This document shows positions 51,701 to 64,000 of a stretch of 64,000 nt of DNA, piece by piece. Source of the stretch: Hemiscyllium ocellatum (Eukaryota); NCBI RefSeq assembly GCF_020745735.1, contig NC_083409.1, forward strand, positions 11,463,052 through 11,527,051, given 5' to 3'. Made by a program: the position numbers and the translations under genes. Position 1 is the stretch's first letter. Every line of letters begins with the position of its first letter. Below the pieces are notes generated by a model. The model was not told the DNA's origin. It was given only the letters and a program-made list of their open reading frames with translations, and did not search any database.

Positions 51701-52310
51701 TGCTTTCCTTCATCGGTTGGGGTACAAGAGTAGGCAGGTCATGTTAGAATTGTATCAGAATTTGGCTTGGCCACATTTGGAATACTGCATACAGTTCTGG
51801 TCGCCACATTACCAAAAGGATGAGGATGCTTTGGAGACGGTGCAGAGGAGCTTAACCAGGATTGTCTCATATGGAGGGCATGAGCTATGAAGAGAGGTTG
51901 AGTAGATTAGCATCATTTTCAATAGAAAGTTGAAGATTGAGGGAGGACCTGCTAGAGGTCTACAAAATCATGAGAGCTATAAACATGATGGATAGCAAGA
52001 AGATTTTTCCCAGAGTGAGGGGTTCAATTGCTAGGGACCATGGGTTCAAGGTGAGAGGAGAAAGGTTTAAGGGAGATATGCGTGGAACGTTCTTTACGCA
52101 GAGAGTGGTTGGTACCTGGAACACGTTGCCAGGTAAGTGGTAGAGGCGGGCATGATAGCATCATTAAAGATGTATCGAGATAGATGCATGAATGGGCAGG
52201 GAGCAGAGGGATACAGATCCTTGGAAAATTGATGATAGGTCGAGATTGAAGCTATGGATCAGTGCAGGCTTGGAGGGCCGAAGGGCCTGTTCCTGTTTTG
52301 TAATTTTCTT
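48760..52310 (+). mobile_element. Long decayed CR1 LINE (ORF1 esterase fragment plus ORF2 EN-RT)
   Basis: AVMVHVGRNDI...RTSEVVISRLQPVP (ORF1); LNAKSV...AITETWL; KSPGQDGIYPRVLWEAREEI...DWRIANVVPLYKK...PGNY; YINDL...FADDTKIGG. Confidence 0.88.
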
Positions 52311-55300
52311 TGTCCCTTGTTCTTGGACCTGAGAAAGCTCAAAGGAACAGAATGATCTTGGGGTACTTGTCCACTGATCCCCGAATGTGGCAAGACAGGT
52401 TAACAGAGGACACTTGCCTTGGTCATGTCAGGTATTGGTTATAAAAGCAGGAGGATATGGTGCAGTTAAGCAGAACATTGGTTAGGCCACAGCTGGAGTA
52501 CTGTGTGCAGTTCAGGTCACCACACTGTAGGAAGGATGTGATTGCACTGGATGGGGTGCAGAGGGGAATCACCAGGATGTTGTGTGGGATGGAACCTCTT
52601 AGTGATGAAGAGAAATTGGATCAGCTCGGTTGTTTTCTTCAGAGCAGAGAAGGTGGAGGGGGACCTGATCGAGGTGTATAAGGTTATGAGAGGAATGGAC
52701 AGGGAGGAGAGAAAGCAGCTGTTCTTCTTCATGGGAGGGTCAATAAAAAGTTGGTTTACATTCATTGTGAAAGATAGGAAGTTTCAAGATGTTTTGAGGA
52801 AAATGTTTTTTTATCCAGAGGGTGGTGGGGGTCTGGAACACACAGCCTGGGAGAGCAGTTGACGTGGGAAACCTCACAAACTTTAAAAAGTACTTGGGTG
52901 AGCAGTTGAAATGTCATAACATTCTAGCTATGGGCTCATATTGGAAAGTGGGATTGGTGCAGGTTTAGTGTAGTTTGGCTGGTACACAGTTAATGGGCTG
53001 AAGGACCTGTTCTGTACTGTGTGATTTTATGATTGTATTGTGTACAGTTTTGGTCTCCTTATCTGAGAAAGGATGTTCTGGTTGTGGAGGGAGGACAGCG
53101 AAAGTTTACCAGACTGATTCCTGGGATGACAGCACTTAGATCTGTTGAGAAACTGGATCAGTTAGGATTATATTCACTGGAGGTTAGAAGATTGAGAGGA
53201 ATCACGTTGGAACCTTTAAAATCCTAACAGGACAAGACCGGAAAAACACAGGAAGTATGTTCCTGATCATTGGAGAATCCAGAACCAGGAATTACAGTTT
53301 AAAGAAAAGGGAAAGGTTATTTCAGATTGAGCTGAGGAGACATTTCTTTAGCCAGAGAGTGGGAAGCTCATGGACTATTCTATCACAGAAAGCAGTTGAG
53401 ACCAAAACATTAAAAGTTTTCAAGAAGGAGATAGGTCTAAAGGGACTTAGGACGAAAGGGATTAAGGTTATGGGAAAAAAGTGGGAACGGGACTAAGTTG
53501 AATGATCAGCCATGGTCATATTTAATGGCAGACCCCACTCGAAGGGCTGAATGGCCTAGTCCTGCTGTTCGTTACTTTGTTCTGCGTTTGAGAGACTGTC
53601 CGTAAACATGGAAACATATGGAATTATAGAGTCAAAGAGTCATCGAGTCCTACAGCACAGAGACAGGCTTTTTGGTCCACACTGGTCCATGCTGACCAAA
53701 ATGTCCATCCATGCTAACCCCATTTCCCTGCACTTGGCCCATATCCTTCGGAGCCTTTCCTATCCATGCATTTGTCCAAATGCCTTTTTAAAGTTGTTAA
53801 TATACCCGCCTCAATCACTTCCACTGGCAGATCATTCCATATGCGTGCCACCCTCTGTGTAAACAAGTTGTCCCTCAGGTTCCCTTTTATTCTTTCTCCT
53901 CTAACCTAAAACCCCTCTCATCCTCAATTCCCCAACCCTGGGAAAAAGACTGAGTGCATTCACCCTATCCATGTCTCTCAAGGTCTTATACACTTCTAAA
54001 AAAAAACCCTCAGTCTCCTACACTCTCTGAAAAAAGTCCTAGCTTGTCCAACCTCTCACAAAAACTCAGATTGTTGAGTCCTAGCAACATGCTTGTACAT
54101 TTCCTCTGAACTTGTTCCAGTTTAATAATGTCCTTCCTATAACAAGGTGACCAAATACTCCAAGTGCGACCTCACCAACGTTCTGTACAATGGTAACATA
54201 ACTTCTCAACTTCTATACTCAATGCCCTGACTGATGAAGGCCAGTGTGTCAAAAGCCTTCCTCACTGCCCTGTCGAACTGTGACTCAACTTCCAGAGAAC
54301 CGTGTACCTGAACTCCAAGATCTCTCTGTTTCACTACAGTCCTTAAGGCCTTACCATTCACCATGGTACTCCCACCTCGATTAAACTTCCGAAAGTGCAA
54401 GACCTCACAATTATCTCTCTGAACTCATTTTGTCATTTCTCTGCTCATTTCTCCAGCTGATCAAGGTCCTGCTGCAATTTCTGATAACCTCCCTCAATGT
54501 CTACTGTAATGTCATCTGCAAACTTCCCAATCATGCCTTGCAGATTCTCATCCAAATTATTGATGTAGATAGCAAAGAGTAATGGGCCCAGGACTGAGCC
54601 CTGAGGCACTCCACTAGACACAGGCCTCTAGTCTGACAAGCATCCTTCCACTGTTACCCACTGCTTCATACCATCAAGCCAATCAAAGAAAAGTATTTGT
54701 CTTTGGTCAGGAATTAGTTTGGAGGTAGGAGGCAGAGAGGAAGAATAGTGAGTGCATCCTCCAGTGAGGAAGATGTGAATAGTGGTATCCCCAGGGATCT
54801 GTGCTGGGAGCTCAGCTTTTTATGATATTTCTGAATGACTTGGATGAAGAAACAGAGAGCTGTACATCCAAGATTGCTGGTCACACTGACTGAGGCAGAG
54901 ATAGGGAGGGTGGAGGGCAGAGAGGGTTTTGCGAACAAGGATGAGAACTCGACAATCAAGGAGTTGCTGGAGAGGAGCCAATGTAGATACAGGGTGCAGG
55001 GGGTTGGGGGAACAGGACTTGATGCAAGTTTGAATACAGGCATCAGAATTTGGGATGAACTGAAGGTTATGGAGGGCGATTGCTGTGATGTGTGCTAGCA
55101 CAACATTGGAATGGTCATGTTTGGAGTCCCACAGACATGATTGAGATTTTCAGTGGCTGGTCTGTATAATATGGAGGATATAGGGGTCAGATCATTCTCA
55201 GAGATGTGGCCACGTTTGTAAAGGGTCTGGTTGTGCAGCAGACCCCCAGGGAGAGGGATGGAGTTTGGAGCAGGAGATGAAGAGGATGGCTTTGATCTTC

Positions 55301-55394
55301 CCAATATGTTACACAGTGAGTCCGGGCTTTTCAGTCCTGACTGCTCTTAGCTGCTGTGATTGTCACTGATTAGACACTTATTATTAGAGATTCT

Positions 55395-55501
55395 GACCAC
55401 AGCAGAAAGCCCCAGTGTAAAAAATAGTTGCAAAGACTGTCAGAGCACAAGGTTGAAAATTCACCAAAAGAGGAAGTGAAAGAAGGAGCTCGGAGCAGCT
55501 G
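55395..55501 (+). promoter_or_regulatory. Paralogous candidate enhancer (AAAAGAGGAAGTGAAAG EICE, CAGCTG, Runx, kB-like)
   Basis: EICE about 55467-55482; CAGCTG 55496-55501; ACCACA about 55397-55402; AGAAAGCCCC 55404-55413. Confidence 0.5.
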
Positions 55502-58500
55502 GGTGTTTGTTACTGAGATGGGAGAAAACTGTGAACTGTCTGCTCTCCCTGGAACCTGACAGCACAGGAGGCTGGTTCTGGGATTTTTCTTTTCAGAAAC
55601 AGCACAGTGATGGAAAAAGTGTCAGTCACTCCCTCACAAACACACACGCCTGCACTTCGAGATTAGAAACAGAATCCAGCAGCAGCTCTGTCTCCAAGCT
55701 GTGAAACCTGCACAGAATTGTTCCCTCATTCAGTTTTTAACTGGCAGGATAGACCAAGCAGGGGAAGCAACACAGTGGTGTGTACAGTCAGAAGGGAGTT
55801 GCCCTGGGAGTCCTCACCATTAACTATGGAACCCATGAAGCCTCATGACAGCAGGTCAAACATGGGGAAGGAAACCTCCTGCTGATTACCACATAGCACC
55901 GCCCTCCCCTCCAACCTCAACTGAGCAGTCAGTCCTCCTCCATGTTTGACAACACTTGGAGGGAGCACTGAGGGTGGGAATGATGCAGGATATACCGTGA
56001 GTAAGGGACTTCAAAGTCCACCATCAAAAGCTGCTCAGAAGCATCACTACTGAGCAAGCTGGTCAGGTTCCACCTGATTCAGCTGCTCGACTGGACCTGG
56101 GGCAGGTGGTGAGGGAACCAACAAGAGGGAACAACATACTCACTATCACCCTCACCAACCTGCCTGCTGCTGGTGTATCTGTCCATGACAGTATCAGTAA
56201 GGGTGACCACCGCACAGTCCGTGTGGAGACAAAATCCCATCTTCACATTTAAGTTACCTTACATTTTGTTGGGCAAGAGATTCGGGATGTCAGGAAGAAC
56301 TTTGTTTTGAACAGCAATTGGTAATAAATTGGAAATTAGTGCCATTCAGGTGAGGCAGGTGAAGACACTCAGTGATTGCAATGGCAGATTGGATGGGCTC
56401 TTGATGGAAATAAACCTGCAAGGCTCTGGGGGTCGAGTAGGGGAGGGGGTGGGACTGACTGGATTGCTCCATGAAATGACAGCATTTACCTGACAGGCTG
56501 AATGTTCTCCCCCTGTGCTGGAAATAGGTCTCACTCAATGAGGGGTTCACAATTAGAGAGTTTGGATGCAGTAAATACAGGACAAATTGTTTCTCCAGGC
56601 AGGAGGGTCAGTAACCAGAGGGCACACATTTCAGAAAGGGTCTGAAGAACAAGAGAGAAGATAGGAACATTTTTATCCAGCGAGTTTATGATGTCTGTCT
56701 GCAAGGTGAGTGGGAGTGGATTCAACAGCAACTTTCAAAAGGGCCTTTGGAGAAATAGCTGTAAAGGAAACAATTGCAGGGTTATACAGGAAGGGCTGGG
56801 GAAATGGGACTCATTGGACTAATTTGTCTAACAGTCACAATAGGCCCAATGACCTCTGTCTGTGCTGTATAAGAACTTACACACACTTAGTCTCACCTTT
56901 ACACAAAGACTGGGAGAAACAGACAATCCAGTTTACAGAAGAATGCTTTCTCAAACACTCTTGACAACTCAGGAAACAGGCCCAGACTAGATTCACTAGA
57001 GTAAGTCAGCAAATCAATGACAAGGGAACAGTAAACCAAAAGCAATGGGACTGAACAATATATTCAGTAACACAACAATTGAGAGGAGGAGGAGGGATGA
57101 AGGGCAGGAGGTCAGAGAGCATGCTGTAGGGGCCTGAAGGCTCTGCTGTCAATGGTGGGATGGAGGAAGCAGCAATGGGCAGGAGACCAGAGACAGAAGA
57201 TGGAAGGGGAGGGAGGGAAAGTGAGTCTGCAGCAGGACACAGATTGAGGGAGGAGGGAGGCCATGGAGGCAATTGGTTGGCAGTGAGCTCATTCTTGAAC
57301 GACTTCAGATGTCAGACAAGGAAGGGACCACTCCATATCAGACAAGTTGGGGTTTATGGAATGTGACTTCAGGAAGCCGGGAGAGGACATTGGAATCAAT
57401 AGTTAGGACAAGCAGGAATTAGTGTTTCTGTGGTCAGGGGACTGAAGTCGTGCAGAGACAGACAGTGTTGTTGAGACTGAAATAAGGGACCTTCATGATG
57501 GAGTGGATTTGGGGTTTGCAGCTCAAGTACTGGACAGTCCAGTGGGAAGGAGGCCCATGTTTACTGGTCTCTCCTGAAGCATCCAGTGAGAAGGAGGTCT
57601 ATGTTTATTGGTGTCTGTTGGAGGTTCCAGTGGGACGGAGGTCCATGTTTACTGGTTCTATGGGAAGGTGGCTCATGTATACATCATCATAGAGTCATAG
57701 AGGTTTACAGCATGGCATCAGGCCCTTCAGCCCAACTCATCCATGCTTACCAAGTTTCCAAAACTGAACAAATCCCATTTGCCTGTGTTTGGCCCAAATC
57801 TCTCTGAATCCTTCCTATCCATGTTGCTGTAAAAATCTCCTTGAAATGTAGTAACTGTACTCCCCTCTACCACTTCCTCTGGCAGCTCATTACACATACA
57901 CACCAACCTCTGTGTGAAAAGGTTGTCTCTCAGTTTCCTTTTAATCCTTTCCCCCCTCAACTTAAACCTATTCCTTCTAGTACTGGATTCTCCTACCCTG
58001 GGGAAAAGACTTTGGCTATTTACCTTATCTATGACCCTCATGATTCTATAAACCTATATAAGGTCACCCCTCAATCTCCTGCATTCCCTGGAAAAAACAT
58101 CTTGGCATATCCATCCTCGCCTTATAATTCAAACCCTCCAATCTTGGTAACATCCCTGTTAATCTTTCTTTTATTCAAACCAGCGTAATGACTTCCTTCC
58201 TATAGCAGGGTGAGCAGAAATGTACACAGTGACCAAATGTGGCCTTACCGATGCCTTGTACAGCTGTAACATGATGTCCCAGCTCCTGTACTCTCTGCTT
58301 TGACCAGTGAAGGTGCACGTGCCAAATACCTTCTTCACCACCCTGTCTACCTGTGACACCATTTTCCAGGAACTATGTACCTGTACCCCTCGGTCTCTCT
58401 GTTCAACAACACTCCCCATGGCTCTACCATTAATTGTGTAATTCCTGCCCTGGTTTGCCTTACCAAAATGTAACTCCTTCCATTCATCAGAATTTCCATC

Positions 58501-61126
58501 TGGATTTGTTGACCCACTGGCCCAGTTGATGAAGATGACATTGCACTCTTCGATAACCTTCTTCCCTGTCCACGATGCCAACAATTTTAATGTCAGCCAC
58601 AAACTTCCTGACCATTCCTGCTATTTTCTCTCCAAATTGTTCATATAAATGACGAACAACAGTGGATCCAGGATCGATTCTTGTGGCAGACGGCTGGTCA
58701 CTGGCCTCCAGTCTGAAGAACAACCCTCTCTCACCAGCCTCTGCCTCCTATCATCAGGCCAATTTTATATCTAATTGGCTCACTCTCCTTGGATCCTATG
58801 TGATATAATCTTACTGAGCAATCTACCATGAGGAACCTTGTCTAAGGCCTTGCTAAAGTCCGAGTAGACAGAGTGTACTGCTCTACCTTTATCAAGGTTT
58901 GTGATTACTTCTTCAAAAACTCAGTCATCTACTTGTCTGAATCGGAAAGTCCAATGAATAGGAGGCCCATGTTGACTGATCTCTCTTGGAGGATCAAATC
59001 AGAAGTAGGCCAATGTTTACTGGTCTCTGTTGGAGATTCCAGCAGGAAGGAGCTCATGTTTACTGGTCTCTTCTGGGAACTTCAGTGGGAAGGAGGCCCA
59101 TGTCTCTCTATCGAGCAGCCTTGTGAACTAAATTCCATGTTTAGTGGACTCTGTTGGAGAGTCCAGTACGTCATGAACACATGGTGGGTATGTGGTCAGT
59201 TCCTTTCTGTTGGAACTGTGTGATGCTCCAGCCCTCATCCCAGTCAAACAGCCTGATTCAGAGACTGATCATGGCAGGGGAAGGAAAGGGAAAAGGATTG
59301 GAACATGTTGTGGATGGACAGGCTGGGTCACTGAGTCAGAAATTGTCCTGTCCCTCCAGCTCACACTGATGGCCTGAGGATCTCCTCTCTCTGCTGGGCC
59401 TTCATGGAATGAGGTTTGTGTCCAAACCAGTCCCCAGTGAGAATAGGGCAACAGAACAGAACTGCCCTTCATTTGACAAGAATCTGTCCATCGTCCTGAA
59501 TGAGGTCAATCCCTGTGAGAAATGGGGAGTTACTCCAGGAAAAGACATGATTTTGGGTCAAGGGTTAACATCCATTAGTGGGGCAGAGCAGAGGGAGATT
59601 TATCCTGAATTCAACTTTCACCACCTGGGACACTGTGAGAAAGACAGAGAAGCAAGACAAAGAGAGAGGTAGGTGCAAATTGTGTGTGTGATCGAGCGAT
59701 AGAGGGAGGGGCATCTGAGACAGTGTGTGATATGTGAAGGGGCCAAGAGAGAGGTAGAGGGAGGTAGACGTGGTGTGATTGAGGGATAGAGAGAGAGAGA
59801 AACAAGATGTGACTGATCGGGATGGATAGAGAAAAAGAGATAGGATGGGTGTGATACCAAGAGTGAAGGGAATCAAGAGAGAGTGGGTAGGGTTGAGTGT
59901 GAGAGAGAGAGAGAGACATGAGTATGGTAAGAGACAGAATGACAGAGATGGAGGGAGAGAGACTGTAGATTGGGATGCAGAGAGGGAGGGAGAGACAGAG
60001 AGAGGAATAGAGAGGGGCAATTAACATTTGGAGGTTTTCAATTGAAGTGAGCAATGGAGCGAGTGATGGTGAGAGAGAAAGATGCAGAAATAGAGATTAT
60101 GAGACGGAGTGAGGAAGTGTAAGTTGGAGAGAGTGGCTTTGAGACAGAGTGAGAGAGAAGAGAGAGAGAGAGAGAGACAGAGAGAGACAGAGGGACAAGT
60201 CCTGGTCACCACATTCTTGGAAGGATGTGATTGTACTTGAGAGGGTGCAGAGATTTACCAGGATGCTGCCTGGGATGGAGGGTCAGCTGTGGGGAAAGAT
60301 TGGAAAGGTTGGGGTTGTTTTCCATGCAGCAGTGAAGGCTGAGAGGGGACCTGATAGAGGGGGATAAGATTATTCAGGGCAGTGATAGGGGGAGTAGGAA
60401 GGCACTTTTTACAAGAGTCAAGGACTCAATAACCAGGGACAGAGATTGAAGGAAAAATAGACACGGACACAAAGAAAGTGCTGCAGGAGTAGGCCATTCG
60501 GCCCTTTGAGACTGTTCTGTCATTCAGTATGATCATGGCTGATCCTCTCTCTTGAAGTCACCTTCCTACTTTCTCCCCATTCCCTTCATGCTGTTAAAAT
60601 GCAAAACAAATATCTCTCTCTTTCTCTTGAATATATTCAGTTCCTTGTCCTCCACAGCCTTCAGTGGAAGATAATTCCACAGATCGACCATCCTCTGAGT
60701 GAAGAAATGTTTCCTCATCTCAGTCTGAAATAGTCTACCCCATATCCCCCTGAGACTGTCTCCCGGTTCCAGACTCCCCGACCAGGGGAAACCTCCTCCC
60801 TGCCCAGCCCTGTTAGAATATTATACATTTCAATCAGATCCCCTCTTATCCTTCTGAGTCCAGGCCCAATCGAGTTGGAGAGTGAGAGAAGAGTTAGGGA
60901 GAAATGTTTTCACCCAGAGGGTGGTGGGAGTCTGGAACTCACTGCCTGAAAGGCTGGTTGAGTCACAAACTCTCATGACATTGGAGCAGTATTTAGATAT
61001 TCCCTTGTGTTGCTGTAGCCTCCAGGGTAATGGGCCAAGAGCTGGAGGATCATCAGATCTTTGTTTACCAGCACAGACACAATGGGCCAAATGGCCTCAT
61101 TCAGTGCTGTCCACATCAATGATTCT

Positions 61127-61158
<32 letters not shown>

Positions 61159-61163
<5 letters not shown>

Positions 61164-61256
61164 AAGTGTGAGGGGCTGACGTGGCTCTCTCTGCCTGATG
61201 CCATTTACATACTGAGGAACACCCAGTCAGACTCTCACAGGCTGCAGCTTTATAAA
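61159..61256 (+). promoter_or_regulatory. Promoter of pseudogene V (PU-box, TGACGT, ATTTACAT 61203-61210, TATAAA 61251-61256)
   Basis: Essentially identical to 29584-29681. Confidence 0.8.
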
Positions 61257-61316
61257 GCAGAGCCCAGTGAAGGGAGAGTTTATCAGGAACCAGGCACAGG
61301 GACAGGAGCACACACC

Positions 61317-61839
61317 ATGATTTCACACATCCAGCTGATCTGGCCCCTGGCATTCTGTGTCGCAGGTACAAATCTCTCTCCTTCCACCTTGAATCTTTAG
61401 CTGCTCTCCATTTCACTCCAATTCCACTGACTTGTGATTGAAGGGAAAATGCTGAAACCAGAGGAATGCTCAGTGTCTCCAACAATCTCTCATTTGACAG
61501 GCTCTTTCTGTGAAAGTTCTGACTTCACTGTGTTTCTCTCTGATCCCTCAGGTATCAGTGAGGACATCATCATGACCCAGTCTCCCCCACTGCTGTCAGT
61601 GGGACTGGGCCAGACCGCAACCATCACCTGTAGGGCCATTAGCAGCTACCTTGCTTGGTACCAGTAGCGAGAAGGTCAGAAACCCTCTCTCCTGATCTAT
61701 GCTGCAGCAACTCAACTCACAGGAATCTCCGAGTGATTCACCGGCAGTGGATCAGGGACCAGTTTCACCCTGACAATCAGCAACGTTCAGAATGAGGATG
61801 TCGCTGACTATGACTGTCAGCAGCATTACAGCTGGCCTT
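61317..61839 (+). pseudogene. IGKV: Ig kappa-type V pseudogene (leader 61317-61365, V exon 61552-61839)
   Basis: Stops TAG 61665-61667 and TGA 61734-61736; 9-nt CDR1 deletion relative to V1; YYC changed to YDC. Splice sites are intact. Confidence 0.95.
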
Positions 61840-61867
61840 CACGGTGATACAGAGCCATCCAAAAATC
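61840..61867 (+). other. Degenerate 12-RSS (CACGGTG-atacagagccat-CCAAAAATC)
   Basis: One heptamer mismatch, two nonamer mismatches, and the same spacer as V1. Confidence 0.9.
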
Positions 61868-62263
61868 TCAATAAGCACAGCACCCCCACCTGTACTAACA
61901 CATTCCACATTTTTGTGACATATACACAGTTCCACCTCCTGCACTGATACATCCACAGTTATATGTAAATGAAATTGAACAAATTACCCCATACCGGGAT
62001 TGTCACTGTACATGACACACTCCAGTCCCTGTGGTGTCCACCGCTCACTGAAGGCCTCAAGTTTCCCTCTTGCATTCCATGGCCACACGTGAAGAGCAGC
62101 TGCAAGATTTAACATCGAAAAATAAAGTTCACAAACTGCACAAGCCCAGCTGAACACTACCGAGAGAGACAGAGGGAGGTCAGGGAGTGGGTGAGACTAA
62201 GTAAGAGACAGAGAGAGAGAGACAGGGAGCGGTTGAGAATGATGGAGGGAAGCAGAGAGCTGA

Positions 62264-62302
62264 GGTTTTTGTACAGCCTCTGCACTGGGAGCTCTCACTG
62301 TG
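62264..62302 (+). other. Perfect 23-RSS (GGTTTTTGT-23-CACTGTG)
   Basis: Nonamer 62264-62272, spacer 62273-62295, heptamer 62296-62302. Confidence 0.96.
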
Positions 62303-62337
62303 GCTTACGTTCAGTAAAGGAACCAAGCTCAGACTGA
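62303..62337 (+). pseudogene. IGKJ: Ig kappa-type J, defective (LTFSKGTKLRL; donor GT changed to GG)
   Basis: FGxG changed to FSKG. A|GGAAGT replaces A|GTAAGT at 62338-62339; the next GT would be phase 2. Confidence 0.9.
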
Positions 62338-64000
62338 GGAAGTAAACCTCAATCCTCTGTTATTAACCCTTTCAATCTCTAAACACAATTTATAAAACAC
62401 AAATACTGAATTGTTGAAGTGTTGCAGTGAAGGAAATGTTTGATTGAGGAACACCGCGTCCCATACGGTGTACACATGTATTTCTTTAGTCCTATAACCC
62501 CATTAAACAGCAAGATATAAGTCAGTAAGTTTTACTCATCGTGTGGAGGAGCTCTGTCCATTTGCAGCCTGTGGTCCCATTCCTGCAGCATGGAGTGAAT
62601 TCAATGAGTAGCCTCCTGCCAGTCTCAGTGTGACGGACACGGGCAGAGTTTGATGTGAGTTCTGGCTCCCTGTCCCAGTCTCTGACCTCACTGACCTCAG
62701 CAGCAGCACAGTGAGACACCGAGCTCCCACCTCCCCCAGCTTTAACTCTGCTCAATCACATAATCACAGAATTGTCACATTGCACAAGGAGGCCATTCTG
62801 CCCATCCTGTCTGGACTGGCTCTCCGAATGAGCAATTCACTGAGTGTCATTCTCCTGCCTTCTCCCTGTCACCCTGAACATTGTTGCTTTTCAAATATCA
62901 GTCTCATTCCCTTCGGAATGTTTTAATTGAAGCTGCCTCCACCACACTCTCAGGCAGTGCATTCCACACCTTAACCACCCACTGGCCAAAATGTTGTTCC
63001 CCATCTCACTTTTGTGACTTTTCCCAATTGCCTTCAATCTGTGGTCTCTCGGTCTCAATCCTTTCTCTTGGGAACATTTTCTCCCTATTTACTGTATCCA
63101 GGCCCCTCCTGATTTTAATTCCTCCAACAAATCTCCTCTCAGCCTTCTCCAAAGAAGTCAGTCCCAAATTGTCCAAACTATCTTAATAACTGATGTTCCT
63201 CATCCCTGGAATGATCTTTGGGAATATTTTTGCCATTTCTACAAAATTTCACCTGCTTCCTGAATGATTTACATTATCTATGTCCCTCATGATTTTATAA
63301 ACCTCTATAAGGTCACTCCTCAGACTCTTACACTAGAGGGAAAAAAGTCTCAGCTTTTCCAGTCCCTCATAGTCATGGAGTCATACAGTGTGGAAACAGA
63401 CATTTCAGTCCAACTTGCCTGTGTTAACCAGATATCCTAAATGACCTCATCCCATTTGCCAGCATTTGGCTTACATCCCTCTAAACCCTTCCTATCCATG
63501 TTCCCATCCCAATGTGTTTTAAATGTTGTAATTTTATCCGCCTCCAACGCTTTCTCTAGCAGCTCGATCCAGACACACACCACCCTCTGTGTGACAAGTT
63601 ACCACTCAGGTCCCTTTTGAATCTTTTGCCTCTCACCTTAAACCTATGCCCTCTTGTTTTGGACTCCCGTTCCCAAGGAAAAGACCTTGGATATACACCC
63701 TGTCCATGCCCTTCATGATTTTCTGCACATCCATAAGGTCACCTCGAGGCCTTAGATGCTGCAGGGAAAATAGGCCCATTTCTTCAGCCTCTCCCGACAG
63801 CGGAAACCCTCCAATTCCTGGCCACATCCTTGTAAATCTTTTCCGCTGCCTTTTAAGTTTAACAACATCCTTCCTATCTCAGGATGATCAGAATTGTTCA
63901 CATTATTCCCAAAGTGGCCTCACCAACTGCTGTACAGCTGCAACATCATGTCCCAACTCCTTTACTCAATGCAGTGACCAATAAAAGTAAGCATACCCAA

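Larger units (their letters stand above)
52385..64000 (+). repeat. Right arm of the inverted cluster duplication (runs off the window)
   Basis: See the 26752-36340 entry. Carries lineage-specific CR1 insertions (e.g. about 53640-54700 and 57680-58930). Confidence 0.85.

Noticed and set aside
35000-60500. Numerous 60-185 aa ORFs as host genes
   Set aside because: They translate to fragments of CR1/L2 ORF1/ORF2, or their antisense, with many frameshifts.

Overview
Eukaryotic, repeat-rich genomic DNA from a cartilaginous fish (shark-type SINE, CR1 and Penelope repeats). It contains part of a multi-cluster immunoglobulin kappa-type light-chain locus (shark NS4/type III class). Three clusters alternate in orientation. 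(1) A 5'-deleted constant-exon remnant with its 3'UTR lies on + at 1529-2320; its V-J would lie off the left edge. (2) A complete, apparently functional, unrearranged cluster lies on -: promoter, leader 29523-29475, V 29288-28978, 12-RSS, 23-RSS, J 28478-28444, an 11.4-kb intron and C 17019-16691. (3) A head-to-head pseudogenised cluster lies on +: leader 61317, V with two stops, J with a dead splice donor; its C would lie off the right edge. Clusters 2 and 3 sit in a large inverted duplication (~26.75-36.3 kb vs ~52.4-64 kb). The rest is mostly decayed CR1/L2-type LINEs, HE1-like SINEs, a Penelope-like element and a Gmr1-like gypsy relic; most ORFs in the supplied track come from these. Most interesting observations: an unusually long germline CDR3 on the functional V, a PU.1-IRF/E-box/Runx enhancer candidate conserved upstream of both Vs, near-identity of promoter-leader-intron between otherwise diverged clusters, a telomeric-repeat insertion with its empty site visible in the paralogue, a CTCF/kB-like element between tail-to-tail clusters, and hammerhead-like motifs in Penelope ends. 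All alignments and counts were made by eye; no database search was run.
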